Assembly (NCBI GenBank): GCA_013239625.1
Contig: MU054001.1
Location: 4,690,167 to 4,754,166, forward strand
Direction: 5' to 3'
Length of the DNA stretch: 64,000 nucleotides
Origin: Lama guanicoe
Taxonomy: Eukaryota
Shown here: positions 51,166 through 64,000 of the stretch, piece by piece
Layout: each line of letters begins with the position of its first letter
How positions within the stretch are numbered: the stretch's first letter is position 1
Position numbers and translations under genes: made by a program
Notes under the pieces: model-generated
What the model saw: only the letters and a program-made list of their open reading frames with translations
Told to the model about the DNA's origin: nothing
The model's database searches: none

Positions 51166-52102
51166 GGAAATGAAAAGGTGGTTGGTTGAGCTGGATTTTC
51201 TTGGAAGCTACCTTCTTCTCGCCGAGTTCTGAAACGTTCATGTTGAAGGGGACCTTGGGGTTGCCTTCACCCGGTTTCTCCACTCCTCTTTCTGCACATC
51301 CACCCGAGGGCGTGTGCTGTACTGGCTGCACGTGGGTGGTGGCTACCAGTCAGCAGGAGCGGAGGGTTACTGCTGTAAGGAAAGGAACCCCCTTCCTGTG
51401 CTGGCAGCCCTGCCCGTCCATCCTGAGCGCGCCGGCCTGGTCGTCTCTCCAGCGTGCTCCTGGAACAGGAAGCTAAAATAAATGTCCCTAAAACAAAACA
51501 CGTTTGGAGGGGCACGACAGCTGCCGCCAAAGTTAAACATTGTTAGAGTAAACGGCTTTAAACAGGGCAGTCTGGGTTTGGGTCTTTGTCAACATGCCTA
51601 TTTCCCCTGATTGGGCCTTTTCAGTTTAAGAAGTCTTATTTTCATTTCAATTCAGATGATTATAATCTCAGCAGTTGCTCAGTTTGTCGCTCCCAGAATA
51701 ATGTGCTTTGCTTTAGTTTTGAGACTTGTTTGCAGAAAAATAAAGGCACCCAGGCAGCCCCATAAGGCACCTCAGGGATTGCGGTGCTGGGCCAGGCTGA
51801 TTCCCCTTCTCCAAGACGTGGGGGAGCCAGGGCGAGAGTAGACCCCACGCTCCTGGCCACATGTCGCTGGGGCATCCAGCTGTGTGACTCAGGGCAAGCT
51901 GCTCACCTCTCTGAGCCTCAGCTTCCTCATCTTAAAAATGGGATGTTACCAATGGGAGGATGAAAAAAGATTAATTGCAGTTAATAGAAGCACTTAGCTC
52001 AGTGCTGGCGCTTGGGACATGCTTACTAGCTATAGCTGCTAATTTTATTAGCGCTAGAAGTGCTAATTAGTACTAATTATTATTATTGGCCAACTAATGC
52101 TT

Positions 52103-52364
52103 TTGTTTAACAGCTTTATTGAAGTATAATTTGCATACCAGAACAGACACTTGTTTTAAGTGAGCAGTTCTGTGACTTTTCGTAAATAGAGCTGGGCTGC
52201 CTTCACCATCATCCAGTTTGCAAGCATTTCCATGATCTCAAAAGACATCTCTTGCCCATTTGCAGTCAATCCCTGCTCCCTCCTCCAGCCTCAGGCAATC
52301 ACTAATCTGCTTTCTGTCTCTACAGATGTGCCTTGTCTGGACAGTTCATGTACATGGAATAATA
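52103..52364 (-). mobile_element. Old L1 (L1MB-like) 3' end
   Basis: aacagctttattgaagtataattt...cccatttgcagtcaatcc...caggcaatcactaatctgctttctgtctcta..gat.tgcct..tctggaca..tcat...atggaat. Confidence 0.8.
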
Positions 52365-53604
52365 GTGCTTTTTCACATGAATTTTTTTCATCCACTCCTC
52401 CCAGTGCCTCTGTTTTTTTCCAAATGTGTGAGCTGACCCCAAGAGTTGAGAGTAACGCTTTGGGGGCAGACAAATGAATGGAGGGGGAGGGTTTGAGTGC
52501 AGGTATCCACTCTCATCCTCGGAAAACGTGAGTCAAAGATGTGTCTGGGCTTGGTCTTTTGGGCAAGGTGTCTTCCTTGTCTTCCTCGCCTATGAACTGG
52601 CGGGCGTTTGAGCCTGGGTTCTCCACTCATCAGCCCAGCCAGCTCCAGCAAGCTCCAGCCAGCTCTGGCACCTCCTGGGCCTCAGGAGTCCTCTCTGCAA
52701 TGCAGACGATGGGCCATCCCTGTGGTTCTGTCAGGGCTCCATGGAGAGCCAGACCATGACTGCACTGGAGCTTTCCACGGGGCCCCTCACCCGGTCTTAC
52801 CTACACAGGTGTGGTCTTACATGACCAACCTGTGTCAGGGGGCCTGACTGGGGAGAGTCGCTGTGGCTGTGCCTCAGTTTCCTGGTCTGTAACCTGTGGG
52901 AGGGGCCTTGGTTCCTGCCTCCTGGGAGGTTGAGACAGCCCTGAGCGAAGTGCCCGGCACACAGGAAGGGTTCTGTGCCAGCTTGTGTGAGTCTGAGCTA
53001 AGATATCAAAATAATAAAAAGCCTGTGGAGCCTGGCCAGGGGGCAGGGGCCGAGCGGGTCCCGCAGCTGCCCCAGCTCCAGCCAGCTCCTCCCTTGGGTC
53101 CCTTTTGTCTGCGCCCCGTGGAGCCCAGCTGGCAAGAGCTGGGAATTACCAGGCAGGGGCTGGGGCGCTTCCCGCCGCTTCTAATCCGAGGAGCTGGCAG
53201 CAGATGCGTCCTGCCCGTCTGAAGGCCCTGTAACATGAGGCCTCCTGGGGAGCAGGCACCCTCTCTCTGGGAGGCACCCTGGGCTGGGCTGGGTGACTGG
53301 GCTTCAGAGGCGGGAGGCTGCTGGGAGATGCGGGACTCTGGGCTGGGAGCTTTGGAGAGCAGCATCCTGCCAAGCAGAGCTCTGCCAGCAGTGCCAGCTG
53401 AGATCAGGCAGATCTTCAGACGGTCAGGGCCAGGGGCCGGGGTGGGCATCGGGGTGATGTAGGGTGTAGGAGCAGGCTCAGAGCCAGCTCTAAGGGACCG
53501 TGAGAGACCCTCCAGTTAGCCTTACTATCTCTTCAAATCTTGAGGTTGGCAGCTGTGGGAGCCCGGGGTTATGGGTCCCCCGGGTGTGAGCTGTGACTCC
53601 ATGA

Positions 53605-53870
53605 TGGTGTGTTTGTGTCTGCAGGTGAGTGTGCATGGGTGTTCAAGCTTGTGTGTGAGTGATAGTGGGAATGATGCCGTGTGAATGGATGTATCTGTGA
53701 GTACGTGACTGTATGTGATTGTGTGTGAGTGTGATGGTGTGTGTGTATGTGTGCAAGTGTGTGTAGGTGAGTGTGAGTTGGCATGTCTGAGCCCATGTGT
53801 GAGTTGTGGGAGTCATGTGTGAGCTCTGTGTGTGTGTGTGCGTGTGTGTGTGTATGTTTGCAGGTGTACG
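53605..53870. repeat. TG-rich low-complexity repeat
   Basis: Long degenerate (TG)n. Confidence 0.8.
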
Positions 53871-55215
53871 TGCCGGTGCCTGCCCAAGCCTGAGACTGCG
53901 GTTCCCCTGCCCTTCCCTTCAAGAGGGTCTAGGCTGCCTCTGGCCAAGAATTTCTGGGTTAAGTCTGTGAGACTTCTCTGAAGACCAGGCTGGGCTGACT
54001 GGGGGCCGGAGAGGCGGGGGCAGTGGTTTATTTCCTCGGGGTTAGAAGAGCAAGGTCAGTGCAGCCGAATCTGAGCTTTTGTTTGTCTCTCCCCTGCTTG
54101 TAGCAGCCTGCGGTCCGTTTCATTCATTATTAAGTTTTAAATCCACCCGACACGAAACTTGAGCCGTGGAACTCGCTCCCTGCTCGGGCTGGCTTGGTTC
54201 AACCCCTGCTGTGTCTCAGGAAACTTCACTGGTTTTATTTGCTGTGTCCTGGGTGCCTTTTTTTTTCTCCCAGAAACAGCCACGCCTTGGTTTGTTTAGT
54301 TTTCCTCTGAGACTGGCCGGCCAGCAGAGGCCAGGGATGGGGGGGCGGGGCAGGAGTGATCCCCTTCCCTGAGTGTCCCCCTCCCTGCCACGGTGGATTT
54401 AAGGACCACTAGGCTCTGAGCTCGGTGGCCATCTGGATCCCAGTCCCATCTCTAATCACTGCACCATCGGGCCAGCTCTTGGGGTCCTGAGTGGACTTGG
54501 GGCAAATCCAGAGGTGGAGAAGGAACAAAGAAAACATCCCCCTTTGGGATGGTTTGGGCTGGGAACCCTGCAGCCCCTTCTCAAGTGCCCCTTGCTTACC
54601 TCCGTTTGTGCTCTTGGGCTGATGCCATATACCTGTGACTTCTACCTCATGTCTGTCCCTGAGGCAGCAGCTCCAACTTCATCAGTTCCTGATTCCCCAC
54701 TGAATGCAGTATGGCTGAATTCATTAAAGTAAATTTTATTTTCTTACAAAGTTCTGCCTACGCCCCCCTGCACCAGTGGGATTTCCCACCCAGACTAGGA
54801 GGGGGTGGGGGAATCAACCCCCAGGTCTTGATCAGTTGATGGGACTTGCCTCCTTTTGGCCTGTGGGGCTGATGGTCTGTGAGGTCATTTCCGATAACTT
54901 TTTTCCCAGGCTCCTCCCCACCCCCAAATCAAGGAAGTGGCCGAGACTTCACCTCTTGTGGGAGGGTGGTACCGCATCCAGCAAGGCCCCGTGCGGCAGG
55001 TGTTGCTGCGGGGAAAGGCATGTCCCCTCCGTATCCTGCCATGCCTCTGCCACCCTCTCTGCAGACGGGAAGACCTGCATGTCCACTTGCTTCCACCCCC
55101 GGGGTCCCTCCCCCACTCTTCCTGCAGCAGTTGGCCAGCTGCACAGCTTCAGCCCGCGAGCTGTCGAGAAGCTGGCTCTGTCCTTGTTTCTCGCGGCCCT
55201 GGGAATTGCCTCTAA

Positions 55216-58560
<3,345 letters not shown>

Positions 58561-58579
58561 TAGCCCAGAGAAGCAGCGC

Positions 58580-58790
58580 CGTTGTGCAGTGGTTAAGCAC
58601 ATCTGCTCTCAGGTAGACTCTGAGTTTGGACACCAGTGTTGCCATTTCCCTTCCTGTGTGACATGGGGATACATCATCTATCTCCCTAGGCTTTATTTGC
58701 CAAGTGCTCATCTGTAAAATGGGAATAATAATGTCTCACCTTCATAGAACTATAGTGAGGGGCCAAGGGCACAGTGTGGGTAAAGGGCCT
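58580..58790 (+). mobile_element. MIR SINE
   Basis: gtggttaagcac...ctgtgtgac...ctcatctgtaaaatgggaataataat...cttcatag. Confidence 0.75.
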
Positions 58791-61584
58791 AGGATTGTGG
58801 CTGACGCTGTGAATGTGCCCTCGTTGTTGGCTGTCTCTTGGTTATTGATCAGGGGTGGATTTAAGTGCTAATTGCGGTTTCTTGGGCAAGTCACTCTGCT
58901 CCCTGGGCTTTAGATTTAGGATTCTTCTGACAATTCATAGAGGTAATATGCACATAAAGGGCTTAGAATCTGGCACTTACGGCCTGTCATATTAGCAGTA
59001 ATCACCAGCTGGTATCATTATCACCAACAGCATCATTATAGTTAGTGCAGTTGCAGTTGCTGGTACATGAAAGGCCCTAAGCACGTTTCCAGTTACTTTA
59101 TCATTAATGTTTGATTAGTTGATCACATTTGTCCTGAGCACCCATTATCTTCAGGGTGCCTGGCAGCCAAGGAGATGGACCCTGCCATGGGGGCTCCCAG
59201 ACCAGGAGGGGCCACAGACCCATAATCAGTGGGTTTCAATGAGGCAGGGGAAGTCCAGCTACTGGAGGGTCCACAGCGACCCTGGGAATGGTGACCAAGG
59301 GGCACCTGCAGGTGACAGGCATAATGGGTCCAGGGATTCCCATCAAATCTGTGTTGTCTGCTTCCAGACCAAGGAGGTGCCAAGCAGATCTCAGGAGTAT
59401 CTTTCCCTTGAGGGCCGCTGCTGGCGCCACTGGCAGGGAGGCAGGATTTGGGGAAGGGCCACCTGTCACAGGCACCTGCTGGAAGACAGGGATGTTTGCT
59501 GAGGGGGTTTCACTGCAGGATCAGAACTGGGGCCTGGGACTCTGGGATTTTGAGGAGGAGAGAGAGTGAGAGAGAAGGAGGGCTGGAGAGACCCCTAGGG
59601 GGTCTCCTGGCCAATTCCCCAATGAGGCCAATGAGCTGGAGGACCCAGCCAACAACACCTGGCTGCAGAGAGACGCGTCTGAATAAGGACAGGGCCATGT
59701 GTCTTGCTGGGGACTGAGGCCTTTCCTCGGAGGCCCGTCTGGAGCAGAGAGCTCCTTTTAGGGGTGGTAACACCCCACTTTCTCAAGGCCTTTTGACTGT
59801 GCAAGTCCTCTAGGAAAGGGTCCAGTAGGACACCCTTCAGGGGTCCTGAGCACAGTCCCATCACAACTGCCCAGCTCTGTCCCCCTCAGCCTCAGCCTAC
59901 TGGCTGCCAGGGTGGGTGGGCTGGGAACCATATGGGCCCAGGAGTCAGATGGCTTGCGTGAAAATCTCCCTCTTCCAGTACCCACCCGTGACTTGACCTC
60001 TCTGGGCTTCTGTCCTCACCTGTAAAGCCAGAGGGTAATAATAATAACAGTAGTGACAGCACTGTAATAGTGTCTGTCTCCAAAGCGGGCATCACCTGGG
60101 GGCCGTTCTGCTTGTTAAAACGGTATCTGCTGTGGTCTGTGGGTGCCTGTCCCTCCTCAGTTGTCAAACACTGTGACTGTTCCCCTGCTGACCTCAGTGT
60201 TTTGCCTCGAGGATTAAACGACGAAAGAAGCACTGGGCATGTAGTAACCATCACTTGTAATTTCCCCATTTATAGTCACAGCTCACACTTATCGAGGAAT
60301 AAGGATGTGTCAGGCACTTTCTATCTGTTTAATCCTTATGACACTCACCTTGCAGATGAGGAAAGGGAGGGAAGGGACAATTAGGCAGTTTACCATGAGC
60401 CCCCGGCTTTCAAGAGGCAGAGAAGGAATTTGAGCCCAGGTCATGTGTGGTAACCCAGCCTGAGCTCTTGGCCAGCCCTCCACCCAGTACCTCTGGGGCC
60501 CATCTGGTTGCCAGAGGGGAGAGGCCGGCTTGGGTGGGGCCAAGGCCAGTTAGCCCAGTGTTTAGGTGGTGGGACAGTGGCAGGGCCAGGCCCCTGTATG
60601 CCCTTCTACTGCCTTTTCGGCACAGTCCACACTGTGCCGGGGCTCCAGATGGCCAAGGGGCTGCTTCTAGTGCCCCCAAGCCCTCCCGCTATGGAAGCCT
60701 CCTCCGTCCTGGTCTCTGCCCTGGATCCTGCATCAGGCACCACTTCATAAAGCCCCTACTGTGTGAGCGCCCACTCTTACATTGTTTCCATGGAAACAAC
60801 CCGGACCTTGGCTGTGACCCTTGCTTCGGCAAAGAGAGGGCCCCGGCTTAGAAAGGTGGAGCCGTATACCCAAAGATGTACAGCTGTGCATGCCAGTGCA
60901 GGGCTTCAGACCCGAGGGGGCCTGTTTTCTGGAAGGCTGACAGGCCTTCCTCTCCCTGTCCCTGGCCTTGTGAGAGGATGGGAGCTGAAACTCACATCTA
61001 GAGGCCTGGGCAGATGGGCCATTTGCAGAAAGGAGCTAGACAAAGCCCGGGTACCTCCCCAGCGGGGGCATAGCCTCTGGGGCCTTGCCCCCTGCCTGGG
61101 CACGCCTCGGGGCAGGGGCCCAGCTGTCTGTTCGCTCACCCTTCCCTCCCCCAGGACTCACGCATACAAGAGCAGACTCTGGGGGCTGCACAGGGGCTTG
61201 GGGGCTGGCAGGCTGGGACCCTCGGGAGTGTATCCATAGCAACCAGCTCTCTGAGGACTGGGTTCCTGTGGGGCCGAGGCTGCTGGCGGCTGGAGCATGA
61301 AGCACTGAGGTTTCTGCCTCCCCCTCTGTTTATTGATAATAACAACCTCACCCCAACTTCAAGCTTGTGTGGGCAGACCCCGGCCCCCATCGACTCCCCA
61401 GAGGCTTACGGTGCTTGTGAGGGTGAAGGGTGAGGAGGTAGACTGGGTTCTCTCATGGTCCATCTTACAGCAGGGTAACAGATGTCCAGGTTAATGGCTT
61501 GTCCAGGTCTCAGCAGCTTTCTGTTACCCAGAGCAGGACTGTCTGGGGTGGTCTGGGGCATGGAACTAGGGGCGGCAGCTCAGA

Positions 61585-61772
61585 TGGTGGCTCTGGAGAG
61601 CGCTGCCTGGGGTCGAATCCCAGTTCCCCTTACTCACCAGCTGGGGGCTTTGGCCAAGTGATTTAACCTCTTGAAACTCCACTTTCTCCATCCCAAAAGT
61701 GGAGCTTGCAGAGTGATTATGAACATTGAGAGAATAAACAGTGTCTGCACATAGTAGGCGCTCAATAAATGT
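61585..61772 (+). mobile_element. MIR SINE
   Basis: ggctctggag...gggtcgaatcccagttc...ggccaagtgatttaacctct...gcacatagtaggcgctcaataaatg. Confidence 0.8.
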
Positions 61773-63624
61773 GAGCGGCCATCATGATAGTGGAAATTCA
61801 GCAGCAAGGGCCGTCTTTCCCTCTCCTTCTCCTCTCTCCTCCTGTCTCCACCATCCTCAAGTGTGTTCTTTCTGCTCTGGGTCCCTATGAGTCTGCTTGG
61901 GGCCATGCTGGGGGAGGCAGCCCTGGCTAAGGCCCCAGGGTTCAGCTTTGGTTCAGCTGGCCTGGGCCCCAGGGAAGAAGCTCATGGCAGAGGAGACGCT
62001 TTGAATGCAAAGTTCTATCTTTCTGTGGTTGCATCTCCCATTGGGGGCTGAAGCTCTAGGGAAGGAGGGGGTCTTTGAGGGATAGAGTAAGGGAGATGGA
62101 CCAGAGGAGGTGTTGAGGTGAGGGCGGGCCGGGTGGGTGGGGGCGGCCAATTGCCCAGCAGGAGAGAGACAGAGTGGGAGAGTCCTCCCCTGCTTTCCCT
62201 GTGCTGTGCTCCACAGCCTGGAGGACCGCACAGCTCCCGCCCGGCTCCAGACCCTGAGCACCCCTGGCCTCACATGCAAGGCCAGAAGGGCCATCTTTGT
62301 TCGAGGATATCTGGGTATACATTAGTGGGTGTTGGTGCTGGTGAAACTGTGTGTGTGCGGGTGTGTATGCCTGAGTGTGAGTGCGCATGTGTATACTTTT
62401 GAGTCTACGTGTGTGTCCACGAGGGTTGGTGCACTCCCTTGTGCCATAATCTGCTTGTGCATCTGTGGGTGCATTTAGGAGTGATGGGTGTGGCTACTAG
62501 AGTTCCAGTAAGAGAACTGAAAGCTTGAGTGTCATTGGGGATGCTGCCTGAACTTGTGGTCCGTGAGGACGTCTCCACTTCTCAGTTCCTCTGCCTCCTC
62601 CCTTGAAGCCTGGAGCTCCCTTGATCCCCTGGAGCCTGTTTCCCCAGCAGGCAGGGCTCAGCCCTCTTCCTGTCATGGAGGGGTGGCCATATGGTGGGAG
62701 GGCATTTGGGGATCCCCTCTCGTCCTGCCCAGGCTCCTCATGATTCATTTTCCAAGCGCAGTGAGCCCACTTCAGCCACCTGCCCCGATCAGGAACAGCA
62801 CTTTGATCATGGACTGTCCTCCCCACTGGTCTGGTCCAGGCATGGCTCTGTTCTCCAGAGACCTCCACTCACGGCGAGGTGGGACACCATCTTCCTTGTC
62901 AGGCAGGCTCCTCTCGGCTCCCGGGCGATGGAGCTTCCTGGGGTGTGCTTATTCTTGCACTTACTTGTTCATTCGTTCATTCAATCACTCACCATTCATT
63001 TAAGCATCAAGGGCCCTTACACTTGCCAGGCAGAGTGGATGGGGGCCACATGTGAGGGGGAACGAATGATTTTAACAGTAGAGACCTTGGGTTCAAGGTC
63101 GTGCCCCTCCACGAGCATAGACCAGGAGCTGAGCCAAGGCGGGCACTTTGGGACTGCACCCCTCCAAAGACTTCAGTCCCTGCTATCTCTTCTGGCCCGA
63201 AATCTACTCTGCCTGCTGTAAGGCCAGCTCCCCAGGTCTGTCCCCCTCAGACTCACCCATTCTTCCCAGAGTGTTTCCATGCAGAATGCCTGCCTCTGCG
63301 CCCAGTGCTGTGGCCGTGCCGAGGATACGCTGAACGCCAAAGGCCCTCTGGTCTTGTCAGCGTGGAGTCTGGAGCCTGAGCAGGGACGCTGCCCCAGAGC
63401 CGGAAGCTCCCCGCGCCCGCGGTTCCAGCTGCTTCTCCATTCATTGGTTCAACAGATATTCTCTTAGCCCCAGTAAGAACCATGACACAAGTTCGGTGAT
63501 TATCAGGTGCTCCCTCTGGGCCGGCCCTGTGCTGGTGGCGGGGATCTGGGATCCCTAGTCATCTTGGGTTCTCTTTGTCCCTTCTGCCCTAACAGAGGGC
63601 TTTGCACATATTATTTTGCAACTT

Positions 63625-63945
63625 TGCTCGTTTGTTCAACAAATGCTTCCTAAAGCACTTAGTCCTTGCTGGGACCTCACAAGTGGACAGAACTCACCCT
63701 GGCCCTCTGGGTCTCATGGTGCAGTGGGGATCAAACAAATCAATTGGCCACGACAAAGTCGTGTGCAGATCAACTAGATGCTTTCCGCATATGCTCAGGG
63801 CCTGGGGAGGCCCTGAACTCACTCTGGGGTGGAAAGAGAAGGCTTCTCAGAAGAGGTGACAACTGAACCGAGTCCTCAAGGATGGAGAGGGTATTCCAGG
63901 TGGAGAAAACGGCATAGACAAAGGCCTGGAGGTGAGACCAGACCC
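63625..63945 (-). mobile_element. L2 LINE fragment
   Basis: ttcaacaaatgctt...gaaggcttctcagaagaggtgaca..tgaaccgagtc..aaggatg...caaaggcctggaggtg. Confidence 0.7.
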
Positions 63946-64000
63946 TTCAGGACAACTGCAGGTCCAGGTGGGGCCAAGCAGGGAGCTGGGACAACTGGGC

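Overview
Mammalian genomic DNA, most likely a camelid, judged from three tRNA-Ala-derived vic-1-type SINE copies. The window lies inside the ZNF423 (OAZ/Zfp423) gene on the + strand. The only convincing coding sequence is the very large internal zinc-finger exon at 55241-58455 (3215 bp, AG/GT bounded). It encodes 25 C2H2 fingers plus one C4-like module. About 55 kb upstream and 5.5 kb downstream are intronic, and I could not find the neighbouring coding exons. The intron contains old repeats (MIR, L2, L1, MLT1, MER81, MER46C, MER5A, Charlie-type), microsatellites, one 37-N gap and several repeat-free, motif-dense islands that look like enhancers. I found no prokaryotic-type system, CRISPR array or RNA gene. 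The best leads are: (1) two candidate alternative or poison exons, at 4011-4059 and about 34600-34800; (2) a 25-codon out-of-frame ORF at the start of the big exon whose stop overlaps the first in-frame ATG (ATGA); (3) EBF/ZNF423-type palindromes, a CRE and a perfect DR1 that suggest feedback regulation; (4) a DNA transposon split into oppositely oriented halves, recording a small rearrangement. Repeat family names come from remembered consensus sequences, not from a search, and repeat boundaries are approximate.
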